Of a DNA stretch of 64,000 nt, positions 1-13,169 are shown piece after piece. The notes beneath the pieces are model-generated. The model had not been told where the DNA came from and made no database searches. It was given only the letters and a program-made list of their open reading frames with translations. The translations under genes were made by a program, and so were the position numbers. Location: assembly GCF_018350175.1 (NCBI RefSeq), contig NC_058368.1, positions 185,134,001-185,198,000 on the forward strand. The letters run 5' to 3'. The stretch is from Felis catus (Eukaryota). Numbering within the stretch: the stretch's first letter is position 1; the number at the start of each line of letters is the position of its first letter.

Positions 1-959
1 TGTATTTTGGGAAAATCAGTTTTAAATCCTTTTTTGTTCTGATCCTATAGGAAAGTTCAAACTTCATCCAGCTTTAGACTTTAATATAGAAGTAGAATAA
101 CTTGACTAGCATGCCACCTTTGCTTGAATTGTATTTTTACATGGTAACCCTTAAGCTAAAATAACAGCAATTAATTTATGAAGCAAAGTGGTTATTGTCT
201 TAAGACTTTTCTTTCCAAAGAAAAAAATAAAAAAGAAAGATATTTAAAAGGGCTGGACTTTCATTTGCTTAATCCCTTACATTTTGGGTCCTGACTGAGG
301 GGAAAAAAGTGGACTTTAAGATGTTTGACTGGATGAGCATGCCTTCCTACTGACTAGTGCATCCAGTAAGGACAACCATCTATGTGGCATGCATGCACTT
401 TAGAAATATTGCCTCATGTTGTAAGCTATTTCGGATTATACCTCTTCCCATTTTACAAAGGTACTTGGAGTTATAAAAGACATACCTATCAGAAAACTCA
501 GAAACCTCAAACATGAATAAGATCTCCATTTGGTCATTTTTTGCTCTTTTTTAAAGTTATTAATTGCATAGTTAAAATGAATCCTTGAAGCAAATCAACA
601 GATACTTAGGATTTGATATTTAAAACCTGTTTTTCCAGTCTCTTTAAGCTGTTTAGCATAAAATTTACCCTAGTTTTATTGTAGACTGATGAGCAAGAAA
701 TAAGAAATAGCTTTATTTGCTTATTGGTATGGAATTTTTTTAAATAAGCCAGTGATCTTCATGGATAAGTCACACAGATAACCTTGAAAACTGAAAACTG
801 TCATTCTTTTTGGTATACAAATGTTTACAGCAAAGCCTTAAACTAAAATAATGATCATATAATAGTAAGAATAACCCTTTTTATTGTAGGATGAGTCAAT
901 TTTTTAGAAGGGCAATAGGTCATCATATTCTATAGCTAGAATGGATATCAGATATTATG

Positions 960-1135
960 ATAATAGAATAGCGAACAATGATTGAGTGCTTTCCTATGTA
1001 TCAGGAACTACTTTGCATGCCTTATTTCATTTCGTTCTCTCAGCAGCCCTTGCCCTATGTGCTATTATATCCCCCCATTTTAATGAGAAATCTAAAAACT
1101 GTACAGGTTAAAGAACTTGATCAAGGTCTTATAAC
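960..1135 (-). mobile_element. MIR SINE fragment
   Basis: Reverse complement of the MIR 3' half (ATTGAGTGCTTTCCTATGT...CCCCATTTTAATGAGAAA...AGGTTAAAGAACTTGATCAAGGTC). Confidence 0.7.
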
Positions 1136-2427
1136 TCACTTAACACTCTCATCTTAGAAGTATGGGTTGATTAGGTATCTTTCAAGGTCATGTGTAAGTA
1201 GCAATTTATTAGAAATTATTTTTGGACGTTGGATTTAAAAAGCTAAGAATTTCTTGTTGCATAACCTTGTTGCATAAATTGTTGATTTTCAGACGTTTCA
1301 TGATTCAATCTACCTGCTGAGAAGTCCTTTTTCCTGTTACAAAGGTTCATAATATGTGCAGATTTCAGAGCCTGGCTTAACTGCCCTGTAAGATGCTTAT
1401 TGACTGAACCATAGAAAATTCTGTGTTACTAAAGAAAAATTAAATAAGGTCTTATGTGAATATGTCTCATGTTAGTTGCTGAGGTAGGTGCTGATGCTTG
1501 TTAGTAGTTTTTAGCTCTTTGTTTAGGTCATGTCTATGTTTGTTCTGGCAGCAGGGAAGAAAAGGGATAATAAGAGAATCTATGGGCAGGACAAATAATT
1601 TGTCAAACAACTTCCTCTAAGCATAACAAAGTAATTAATTAAAGTAAATTATATCAAGTGTCCTGCATGTAATATAAGAGCTTCATTAAAGGTAATAATT
1701 CTTTGATTAGCTTCCCTTCTAAAGAGAATGTTTTGTAGACAAAATTCAGGATGTTTCCTGGCCTTAGTTCATATTGCTTTTGGAGCTTGTTAATAGGTAT
1801 TAATTCATTCTCTTTAATATAAAAATCCCATAGGCTATGCGGGTTTTAGGACTAGCACCCATTGATATGCTCAAGATTGAAGAAGCTTCCAAAAATAGCA
1901 CTATCACAAAAGGATTTTTGGTAAGAGAGTAACAATAATAATAATAATTAATGGTAACAGTTTTCTGTGGTTCACTTTGGGCGGTTACTGCAATCCTATA
2001 ATAGCTGCATTGTTTATAGAGCAAATGATGATGTTCACTTGACAGGAGAGGAACATGAACATTAGAAAGATAACTTGGTAGGTAATTCTGCCACTCTGTG
2101 CAGAGACTATCTTTAAACCCCAGATCTGCCTAGGCTTCCAGTCCCCTTATACGAATAATTATGCCATCTTGTGCCTTAAATAAAACACAAATGATATATT
2201 GATTTAAATATTTCTCCTTTTTAAACAATAATTTGTTCTAATTTTATAAGTCATAATTAATCTGTCATGTATATAGGAATTACAAGTTTGTGAGAAATCA
2301 TAGGTACAAACAAATGAGAATTAAAGGTACATATTTTACATTAGTAAGGATCTCAGAAGAACAGAGATGGCAAACTCATAGTGGGTAATTTGGGAATTTA
2401 ATAAAGGGATTCTTATAAGGGTATAGG

Positions 2428-2648
2428 CTAGTGTGTTTGCTCAGGTTGCCAAAACAGAGTACCATAGACTGGGTGGTTTAGACAACAGAAATTTTTATTT
2501 CTCACAGGTTTGGAGGCTGGAAGTCTGAGGTCAGGTTGTCAGCATGCTTGAGTTGTGTGGTAGGGGCTCTCTTCCTGGCTTGCAGAGGGCTGCCTTCTCA
2601 CTGTGCCCTCACATATGAATCTGAGGGGACACAATTCAGTCTGTGGCA
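2428..2648 (-). mobile_element. MaLR LTR (MLT1A-like), internally deleted
   Basis: ACCATAGACTGGGTGGTTTAGACAACAGAAATTT...GGAGGCTGGAAGTCTGAGG...GGGGACACAATTCAGTCTGTGGCA. Confidence 0.8.
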
Positions 2649-2947
2649 ATTAGGGAAACCACAGTGGGTAGTGTAGTTCCCTGGGACTAGGAACATCAGG
2701 GAATTACCACTCTTAGGCCTGAAGGAACTGGGGAGGGTGTGGCCACTACTATGGGCAGAGAGGGAATACATCTGACAGGAGTTGTAACCATAGCTGGGGA
2801 TTACACCCGGCAAGCAGCATCTCCACCATAAAAGGAGTGAAAACTTCATTCTTCTGCCTCTCCCCGATTTAACCCTTCTGCTTCTTAGTGGTGGAAACTA
2901 ACTGGAAGCCAGAAGGAAAGGAAGCCCATTGATGGAGTCCATACATG

Positions 2948-4260
2948 TGTAGGGGAATAAAAATATTTTTTTCCCACCCTTTTGAGATCTTAGTTGAGAT
3001 TTCTATAATAAAAGATTAACAGGAGAAAAACAAACAAGTTTATTAACACATATATCTCATGTATACCCAAGGAAAAAATGAGTGAGTCCCTGAGGTGACT
3101 TAGAATTCAGACTTAAACACTATTTTAATTGGGGAAGGGAAGGTGGGGGATGTAGGCCTCTTAGGGGAGAGTACATGATTTTTAGGACAGATGAATGGGC
3201 CCTTAGAAGATTAGTGGGGAGGTATGCTATTGTGTGGTAAAGTTGTTCAAGTTTCCTCTCCTGTGATGAGTCAGTCTTCTTTCAGTTTGAGTATGAATGC
3301 AGGATAGAACCTATGTCCTAGCTCAAGGCAGTTAGGAAGGAGGAGTTCCCTTTGACTTGCAAAAGGGGCAAGCTTTTTGTTCTATTTAGGCCTTCAACTG
3401 ATTTTATGGGACCCACTTAGACTGTTTTACTCAGTCTACTGATTCAAATTCTAATCTTATCCAGAAATATTGTCACAGACATACCAAGAGTAATGTGTGA
3501 CCAAATGTCTGCGTATTCTGTGATCTGGTCAGTTTGACACATAAAATTACCATCTTATCAGTCTACTCTCTGCCTGAAACTAGTCAGATGAGGTTTCCTG
3601 TCTGAGAATCTATTTCTTCTCTAGCAAACTGAAGCTAGCAAGATGTTTACCTGAGGTTACCGCTCTGTGTAATTCATGAGGACAAGCCCTTATCCTAGCA
3701 CAGATCTACTAAATAGCTTACCCTTCAGGAGGACCCTTCTTTGCATCCTTCTACTCAGACTCTACTCTACCCAGACTCACATCTCTCTTTCCTTCCTCTT
3801 AGCAACCCCTGATCTATTACTTCTAGATCCCTAACTTCTGACCCTGTGTGCCTTGAATTAGGGACCAATTGTCTATCAAGGATCCAATAACTCAATTACA
3901 AGTTAATCCTAAACATTTGTATTTAAAACTTGGTCTTCATTTTTGTATCCCAAAGATACTTTTATCCCAGAACTTTTCAATTCACATAACAGTTATCCCT
4001 GTATCCCCACAACAATGGACTTGTTTTGGGCCCTCCTTTCCAAAATTGGTAGTTCAACAACACCAAAGAAAGAGTCAATCTTCCCCATTTGATAAAACTC
4101 CTAGAGAGGAGATTTATGACAATTGAGCTCCTTTTGGAGGATCTGTCTTTAGGCAGATAAGGGGAGTTCAGAGATGCCCGTCTCTTCATTTGCTATTTTT
4201 CAAGTGACTACAGTTCAAACTAACAGTATATACCAAAATGGCATATTTTTCTGTCTTTCA
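2948..4260. mobile_element. ERV1 solo LTR (MER34/MER39-like) carrying an ~0.8 kb insert
   Basis: TGTAGGGG...TTTCA termini, near-match 4-bp TSD CATG/CATT, and clear similarity to the LTR at 21598-22114. Confidence 0.65.
3283..3557 (-). mobile_element. MLT2 (ERVL) LTR fragment
   Basis: TTTACTCAGTCTACTGATTCAAAT...TTGACACATAAAATTACCATC matches the MLT2 5' end in reverse; related to 46853-47319. Confidence 0.8.
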
Positions 4261-7125
4261 CATTTCAACCTTTGAAAGCACAGAGTGGAAAAGGAATAAG
4301 AGTGGACCTGCGAGGTCAAGGGTAAGATATCAAATGTATCTACTCTTTCGTTTTTGTTTTTGTAACTGACCACATTATCTGAAATGGGCCTTGTTATTCA
4401 TCTTTTTCCTCTCACATTACTCTCTACCACATCATTGATTATCTCTTCCATGTCAGTTACTACAATAGAGAGTTATCTTCATTTATGTATATATTTTGTA
4501 CATGTATGACTTCCTTCACTAGTTTCTAAGGACAGAGACCTTTGCTGTTGTTTTTAAAGATTGTACTTCCCCATTGCTGCCAACAAATGCATTCTATGTA
4601 GAAGGTAGTTTCAACCAGAAAATAAATTTTCCTATAATAGTATCCTCTTGCAATATCCAGAATATATTTAGCTGTTCTATGATAAAAAAAAAAAAAAAAG
4701 ATTGCACTTCCCTTCCCCATTATGGTTGGATGCAGTCATATGGTTTGTTTCAGCCAATAATTTGTAAGAGATGTGAGGGATACTTCTAGGCAGGAACAGT
4801 TAATCACTTGTGCAATACAGTCTAGATCTATTTTTTCCCATTGTCAGAGTGGCCAACAGCCTGTGAGATGGTTGTTGCTCTGTCACTCGGCACCAGGGGT
4901 GAAAAGACCTGACATGGTAGCTATGTGGTATGAGGGAGAAATAGACTTTTTAAAAAATAAATCAGTGATATTTTAGGCTTGTTATCAGAATATAACATAG
5001 CCCTATTCTGACAAATCCTTAGTTGTGGAAAGAATGAACAAACTTGTCTTCTAATATGAGCTGATTTGTACAGCCTGTGATTATCCAAGTAGCTAATTTA
5101 CATAGTTTTGAAACTTTAGCTTGTCAATACGTCCTTGTTGTGACCTTAAAATTCACAAGTTTAATATTATATTCTATCTCCCAGTAGAAGGAATTCTAAA
5201 TATAACTCTCATTAACGCCAATGCTCCTTTGCATATTGAAATGACACTCTAGCCCTTGAAAGTGTAAGTTTGAGCGAGAACGACACATGAAAGACAGATC
5301 AGAATCATGCAGGCTGTCTCTCCTGGGAGGACAGGAACTAATTTGAGTTTTGAATTTATCCTTTTGATGTTCTAATATTCCCAACAATAGTAAGTCATTT
5401 TAAAATGGAGAATTGAAGCTGCCTAAGCCTGTTCTATTCTCTTATGTCTAGTCCACTCTTGTTATTCAAATGTGACTCTCATTCGTTACTTTTATTTCTT
5501 GACAAATAGGTCTGTAGACATGTACACGCTTTGTTCTGAATGTTGAACAGGAAGAAGAAAAGGTTTCCAGCACAGAAAATTTACAAAAAGTGTGAAAATT
5601 TTGAAGTTGAGTGCATCTTAAGCCAATACCATGCTTTAATTGACTATTTTACTTTATCTTCCTTTGGGTAAGAATGTTTTTAATATTATAGATTTAAAGT
5701 GAGACCTAAGTAATAAAAATATTAGGCAACCACTACTGTTGACCAATGTTTTTTGGAGAGGATATTCTTTTGGGGACATAGTAAAGGTATAACCTTCATT
5801 TGTCTGTTTCATTGAAAAACTTGTTAAGTCCACTGCTTATCCCAGAGTAGGAAAAAATGAGATCAGACATGAATGTGGACTGATAATTTCTCTATTTGGT
5901 CCAGTGTATCCAAACACCACCATTTAGATACTCAGTTCAAGAATCATATGTGCAAGTGGCCAGAGATTTTCAGAATAAGCTCTAGGATACATGAAATACA
6001 AAAAGACTTCTGAGTGAAGTTATTACTGAAAATAATGAATATATGTTTCCAAAAATTTTGGTGTAATTAGAGTCATATGAATTCCTGGAAATAAGTTATT
6101 TAAATGAAATTGGGATGGAAAAGTTGTTAACTGTGTAGGGAGAAATCTGGGTGCTGTGTAAAAGCTGGGTTCATGGTCTAATAAAGAGAAAGACTTCATA
6201 TTTTTTTTGTTTGGTGGAGTTAGGGGAAAAGGTCTTTGAAAGATGTTATTCTTGAGAGCTTCATACAAAGGAAACTGAGTCAAATAGATTCCTGTGAATT
6301 AACTTCCATTACTTTCAAACCTGACTGATTAGACTTCGTATATCCCTATCCCTGGTTCATAGAAATTCACACCAACTGTTTACTCTTCTACCTCAATCCC
6401 AGCCATATTTACAGAATGCTGTGTTAGGGAGATGGAGCCAGTTGTTAAATTAACAGAGATGATTGGGCCAGGGACTAAGAATAAGAATGTAAATGGGATG
6501 AACATGAAAGGAATCTGTCACTTCCCAGGTAGCTCTGGATTGAAAGTGAGTAGACAGGTGGGGGGTTTAATACAACCTTTAATATTGAAATATCATCAAT
6601 CAAATCCTCACTTTTGGGAAGTATAAATGCTGGGCAAAGAAATATAACTTAGGTTTTTCAGTTAAAATTTGTCCCATCTTTCAGGACCAAACAACTATTA
6701 TTGCTAAAGCCTACTAGATGTTCTGTAGCTAGGACCAAAGCACAATGACTATACTATTACAACTCATTTCATCTGCTTTACGATATTGTGAATATTTGTG
6801 ACAAGCTTTTGTTATTCTAGGTTAACATATAGGTGTTTCTCTTGCTGACCCTGAAATACTTGATTGATTGGACTTATACATGTTCTTTATCAATATGTAT
6901 GGCATCCATTTAATGGAGGACTCTAAATTATTTTCCATCTCCTGTTTAGAAGATGAAAAATACACAAATCTACTATGATATGCATAAGACAGACTAATGT
7001 TGAACCATCTGCATTTATAGTATAATAGTATTATTTCTGATCAAAGTCTCCTTAAAGCCTTGTAAGATTCTGAGGCACCAAGAAAGATTAACTTAGATAT
7101 ATGTATTTAACTACATAGATAGATA

Positions 7126-7128
<3 letters not shown>

Positions 7129-7172
<44 letters not shown>
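7129..7172 (+). repeat. (TG)22 microsatellite
   Basis: Directly visible; followed by TTTTCAG. Confidence 0.98.
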
Positions 7173-7179
<7 letters not shown>

Positions 7180-7520
7180 AAATTGTTGAATTAAGAGATC
7201 CTCTACCTTAACATTTAGTTAATCAGGCAATTTAATTAACCATGGTCTTTCAATGCTTGAGCTTTCTGTATAATGCCAAATGTTTAGATTAGCTGATAAA
7301 GTAGCTAATTAAAGTACAAAATGAAATTCAAGACTGCAGTACAAAAAGTGTTTATCTAACCAGTTATTTATCATTAAAATTATGTTTAAAAATGGTTGTG
7401 AAAACATACTTTTGTGACCAATTTTAATTCTTGTATAATAATGCAACTAATGTAGGCATTCCTTTAATGTGCTGAAGACAGCCTTGAAATATTGAATCTT
7501 GAATCTCTTGAATGTGGTAA

Positions 7521-7890
7521 TGTAATAGACTGAATGTATCCTCCCCAAAATTATATGTTGAAGCTCTAACCCCCAATGTGATGACATTTGAAGGTGGGGC
7601 TTTTGGGAGGTAATTAGGTTTAGATGAGTTCATGAAGGTGGGGCCACCGTCATGGGAATAGTGTCCATATAAGAAGAGGAAGAGAGACCAAAGCTCCCTC
7701 TCTGCCATGTGGGAACAAAGCAAGAAAGTAGCTGTCTGAAAACCAGGAAGAAGGTCCTTAAAAGGAACTGAATATGTTGATACCCTTGATCTTGGACTTC
7801 TTCACCTCCAGAACTGTGAGAGGTAAATTTTTTTGCTTAAGATCCTTAGCCTATGGTATTTTGTTATGGCATCTTGAGTAGACTCATGCA
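7521..7890 (+). mobile_element. MaLR solo LTR (MLT1A/MLT1A0-like), near full length
   Basis: TGTAATAGACTGAATGT...CCCCAAAATTATATGTTGAAGCTCTAACCCCCAATGTG...CCTCCAGAACTGTGAGA...TATGGTATTTTGTTATGGC; TG...CA termini. Confidence 0.9.
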
Positions 7891-10024
7891 GTTATGTCAT
7901 TACCCTAGTGTTAGTAACCTGAACATCAGGATTCTGTAGTGATCTTTTTGGAATGTAAAAGCAGGTGTCATTTCATTTCTGAAGCTCTTTGAAAAGTTGG
8001 TGGTTCTATGATATGAATTTCATGGCATGTACTTTGTCAAAGCTTACTCTGGAGGGGTAGTTAGAACCTGTGATTGTGACTTTGTTAGGCACTATCTGGA
8101 GAATGTATAGGATTAGTTCTTGGTGAATTGTATTTGAAATAGAATTTAAAATAAAACTATTTTTAGGCAGGTAAATGAAACTGTCTGATACATTTGGTTT
8201 TTGAGCAGTTCTTTGCTTTTGGATAGATCTGTTATGGATATGGATATGGATATGTTTTGGATAGAGATATTAACTCTAACAGAGAAGTGCTTCCTTATGA
8301 GAGTACTTGAGTTAAATGGAGGTAGAAAGAAATTGTGATCTGGAATTATTTACTTCACATAATGATTATTTGGAAAAAAATCAGACAGACATGTTTTCTC
8401 TACATATTAAAAAAAATGACTTTGACAGAATTATTATTGGACTGAGTAGACCAATTCTTCCATATGGGTCCAGTGAGAATGAAATAGAAGCATTGAGCTC
8501 ATGTTGACAATTGAGAGAAATTAGCATTTGGAAAATGGTTTTGTTTGATTTGAAAATGAGTATCAGCTAGATTCTTTGTTTCCTTAACCTTTTCCCTTTT
8601 CTCTCTGATGGACTGATGTGTCCATCTATCAACCTGATGTAAAAACAAAGCAAAACAAAACAAAACACTATGCATCTATAATAAGTGCATAACCATTTGA
8701 CAACTATTTAATATAGGGGATCTCTTCTGTCATATTCTTTTGGGAAAAGATGCCAAAAATTTCTACTGAGGTGTATGCTCATTATCATCTTCCCATCCCC
8801 CAAGAAAGTGGTACTTTGTTGTTGTTGTTATGTAGCTCATGAATCTCTAAGAATAGGAACAGAATTATTTTTTTTTCTCTTTTCACTTTATATTGCTTTG
8901 TGGTAGATCTGTGTTATGCTACCTATATTCCTCACTTGCCCACTTATTTCTTCCCAGCATCTTCTACCATTAGAAGGCATACAATTCACTCACCTCTTGT
9001 TTTAGAAGTTAAGGTTTATAGTACACATATTTGATTTGTCCCAGTCTATCTTACTGACAGCTCACAGCTGAGTGTGTACCTTACTTTAAGCAAAGGAGAG
9101 TCTTTTGCTCAAGATTATGTCCCATCTTCAGGAACAGCCCATATGCAAAGATTGGTCAATGTTGGGCATAAGGGCTTGGTCCTCTTGTGTGTTTGAAGTT
9201 GGGACATACAACTTCAGAGTTCTCTATGGGATCAGCTGAGACCTCTTGGAACTACATCACGTTTTACCTTAAAAATGTTTTCTAATAAACTAGTTGAATG
9301 CAAATAATCTATCTTAGAGTCTGTTTCCTGGTGATACTGACCTAAGATAGTTAGAACCAGAAGACTAAATGAGAAGTAGACTCTAAAATGAGATTTTGGA
9401 ATTGATTACTTCCTGGTCAGCTGGCAATAAGAACCCCAATCCTAATAGTAGGTGGAGTGTAGATAGCCTGTGACATGATGTGTCAGTAAAATTGTTCAAA
9501 TGTCTAATAGTGTTGAACCAAGATCAGATGTTGGTAGAAGGAAATACACTAGAAGAGTCAATAGCTCAGGTATGAAAGGTTTAGGGGAACTAATAATCAT
9601 AATATCTGTGAAACTGGTTATCTTTGAGTGCCATGGATGCAATGCAGAAAGATAATGAAAGGCTGTGGGTTATTTGTCACTTATTTAAGTGTGCAAGTCA
9701 AAGGATTTCAACAGTAAGATATAAAGAAACCCACATATCTCAAAACCAGGAAATGGGAACACTGGCTATCAGGATCAGAATCAGGTTCCCTAAGAGCAGA
9801 GAATTTGAATTCCCAAAGCCATCAATTCTGCTATGAAAATTAAAGATCCTGGTTGGGAGGAAGTGGAATACTGAATCTTGGGATGGGGATATTTAAGTTA
9901 AAATACCTGAGAAACTAATAACTTATTTTCTTTCTGAATCCTCTGGGTCTGCAGAAATGACCCATTATATCTTATCAAAAGTTAGTACAGTCTGTTTACT
10001 TGAAGATGATGCCAAAATTAATAT

Positions 10025-11285
10025 ACTCAACACAGCTTTCTTTTGATTAGTGTTATCAAAATATATCTTTTTTCCATCCATTTAATTTTAACCCATTTGT
10101 GTCTCTATTTACAATTTATCTTCTTATAAGCAGCAAATAGTTGGGTCTTTGGTTTTTTTCCCCTCCAGTCTGCCTTAATTGCATGTTTAGACCATTTACA
10201 TTTAATGTGATTATTGATATGGTTAAGTTTAAGTCTGTCCTCTTGCTATTCATCTTCTATATGCCCATCTGTTTTTTCGTTTTCTTTTCCTCTTTTTATG
10301 TCTTCATTTGGATTAATTGTGCATTTTTTTGCCCAATTTTATCTTTTCTATTAGCTTATTGGCTGTAATTTTTTGTTATTTTAGTTGTTGATTTAGGGTT
10401 TAAAGTACACGTGTTTAATGTATCACAATCTACATTCAAGTAGTATACCCCTTCATCTATAATGTTAAACATATAAGAACTTTATGATAGTAACCTTCCA
10501 TTTTTCTTCTTTCAACATTATGCTATCATTTCACACTTTTATGCGTTACAAATCCTGGAGTGCACTGATAGTCTTTTTGTTTAATCATTTGTTTTAGTTA
10601 TATTTAAATAATAAGAAAAAAATCACAAATATTTACCCATGTAGTTACCATTTCTGCTATTCTTAACTACTTTGTGTAGATCCCTGTTTCCATTCAGTAT
10701 CATTTTATTACTGCCTCAAGGACTTCCTTTTCCACTTTTTTTATTTTTTAAAAAAAAATTTTTTTTCAACGTTTTTTATTTTATTTTTGGGACAGAGAGA
10801 GACAGAGCATGAATGGGGGAGGGGCAGAGAGAGAGGGAGACACAGAATCGGAAACAGGCTCCAGGCTCTGAGCCATCAGCCCAGAGCCTGACGCAGGGCT
10901 CGAACTCATGGACTGCGAGATCGTGACCTGGCTGAAGTCGGACGCTTAACCGACTGCGCCACCCAGGCGCCCCTCCACTTTTTTTATAGTGCAGGTCTTC
11001 TGTTTGTGAATTCTTTCAGTTTTCATATGTTTGAAAGAGACTTTATTTCATCTTCAGCTTTAAAAGATATTGTTACTGGGTATACAATTTTGATTGACAG
11101 TTTCTTTCTTTCTATACTTTAAATATGGACTCTTAGCTGCATCTCCTTAACCCATAGGATCAATGTCATTTGTTGCCTACTCTCTAGAGTGTTGAAACTG
11201 TGGTTTCATATATTTTATCACTTTTTATTATTGCTTCAGGTGGGAGTATAAATTTAGTTTCTAATTTCATCTTATCTGAAAGCTT
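10025..11285 (-). mobile_element. Old L1M fragment inserted in the ERV
   Basis: TTTAGACCATTTACATTTAATGTGATTATTGATATGGTT and TTTATTTCATCTTCAGCTTTAAAAGATATTGTTACTGGGTATACAATT are typical antisense L1M sequence. Confidence 0.7.
10745..10973 (-). mobile_element. CAN-SINE, young felid subfamily (SINEC_Fc-like)
   Basis: tRNA-derived head GGGGCGCCTGGGTGGCGCAGTCGG (reverse strand), CT-rich body and A tail; perfect 14-bp TSD TCCACTTTTTTTAT at 10731 and 10974. Confidence 0.97.
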
Positions 11286-12185
11286 TTATATTATATATTA
11301 ATGTTTACCAGAGAACATTCATAGAGAAGTGACACTGAACAACTAAGTGGACAATAATGATTTGGCCAGGATATGTCAACCAGTTTCTGTCATTACCAAC
11401 TCAATTCTGGGAGTAGCCATGGTGGCAAGGATGGAGGCTATCTACGAGTGTTGGGCATTAACTCACCCAGCTTAGTCTCACTCTGTTGCTGTTTAATCTC
11501 TAAACTGCCAGTAACAGAGCCAATACTGAGCCCTTGATATGGCACCATTCCTTGAGAAGACCAACTAACCCTTTGGTAATCATTATTATAAATTGATTTT
11601 ATTGAATTCCTTCTACCTTGGAATGAAAAGAAACTAATGTTGACCAGAACTAGAATATGTTTTGGGTATGTTTTTGACTTTCCTGCCCATAGGGATTTAG
11701 CTAGCTCTATTATCCAAAAGGTTGGTAGTGTTTGATCCATGGATATAGGATTCCACATAACACTGCATCATACCAAGGGGCCACTTGATAATGTGTGAAC
11801 ACATGGCAATATTACTTATTGCTCTATCCTCTACCACACCACTGAGAAAATGTGGACTGCCAGAGTAATGAAGTGATGAATGAACAGCTTTTTAAGGGCA
11901 TAGAATACCACATACACTCTTAATCATAATCATTATATGATGCTGTGTCCGTAGTAAGTAGACTATATAGGTCTGGGAAGCAATAAATGGTAGTAGAGTT
12001 GACCTGCTTCCTATTACTCCCAATGAGCCTCTTATGGAATTTGTATTTCTAATTCCTACAACTCTGGGTTCTGTGGGTGTAGAGAATAATGATTCTCAGA
12101 GAAACAATCCTTCTACTAGGGAACACAGCAAGAGTCTCATTAAAATCTAATCTGTGGTTAAGAGTCCAGTCACTTTGGTATCCTT

Positions 12186-12290
12186 GTGCCAAGAAACCAT
12201 AAGACAGGGAAAGAAGGCACCATTCTGGCATGGATAATTGACCATTATGATCAAGAGAAGATAGGGTTGCTGTTATACAATGAACACACC
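12186..12290 (+). pseudogene. ERV-L dUTPase remnant
   Basis: Translation GTILAWIIDHYDQEKIGLLLYN resembles the ERV-L dUTPase motif GVTVLAGVIDPDYQEEIGLLLHN; position near the 3' end of pol fits ERV-L gene order. Confidence 0.7.
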
Positions 12291-13169
12291 CAGATGATCC
12301 ACTGGGTGTCTTTTGGTACAATCCTGCCTGATTTTGAACACAAATTGACAAATGCAGTAACCAGTCTGAGAAAGGTATACTTAACAGGGGCTTAAGCCTT
12401 GGGGCTTAGAATGGCAGAGGTGCCAGTTGAGGGTGAGAGGAATCTAGGATTGGTAGCAGAGGAAGGAGGTGATAAATATCTTTTGAGGTGTTGAGAACAG
12501 CTGTAGTGGTGGAAGGGCTATAGTTTATCCCACTAACTTTCCACTTGCAAGTTTTTCTAGGAAAAGAGGCCAAACAGAATCTCGGAGAAAGTGTTTCAAA
12601 TGAAGCCAACTAATTTACTCCCAATGTATCTGGGTAGCACAAGGGGTAAACCCATGAATTTTGTGGTGTGCCCTCTAGATCACCCACCTCAGTATCACAC
12701 CTCATCTTCGGCTTTTGGTAGAGTTATCTGCTGGCACAGCTGAGTCCCAGCAACTGCCCTCAGTGGAAGACCAGTTTGCCCCAAGGTTATGTACCCTCCT
12801 CAGGAATAGCCTACATCCAATTTATGGACAATGTGGGGGGAAAAAGTCCTGGTAATCTTCTTTCAATTCAGTATAACTCTGAAGACCAGACTAGCTTAAG
12901 AGTTCCATGTGGGATTGGATGAGACCACGCTTATTGTTTTTTTGCAGTTTAACTTTTTCCAGTGCTCAGTACTGCTTCCTTTACCCACATGGGTGTTGAT
13001 GAGTACATATCCCAATGAACTTCCTGCATGCAATCTTCCTTTCAGAGTCTGCTTCCCGGGGAACCTGATCTATATAGCACCTTTCCTTGTTCTTATGTAG
13101 CTTTATGCTATGAAACCAACTCTCAGCTTCATTTAATATAAAATTGGGCTTAGGGTTTAATATAAGACC

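Larger units (their letters stand above)
2345..4337. mobile_element. Old ERVL-type solo LTR (LTR33/LTR41-like), split by nested insertions
   Basis: Pieces at about 2345-2428, 2649-2947 and 4261-4337 read as one continuous LTR once the inserts are removed. Family assigned from memory. Confidence 0.5.
8899..13076 (+). mobile_element. Decayed ERV-L-class provirus (LTR16 / ERV3-16A3-like) with 5' LTR, internal remnants and 3' LTR
   Basis: 5' LTR about 8899-9349 and 3' LTR about 12652-13076 share motifs (CACAGCTGAGT, CAAG(A/G)TTATGT, AGAGTCTG(T/C)TTCC). PPT-like AAGGGGTAAAC at 12641. Internal leader/gag-like sequence at 9350-10010 and pol-like sequence at 11320-12640. Confidence 0.75.

Noticed and set aside
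8216..8265. (GGATAT)3 with flanking TTTTGGATAGA repeats
   Set aside because: A tiny slippage repeat with no further structure.
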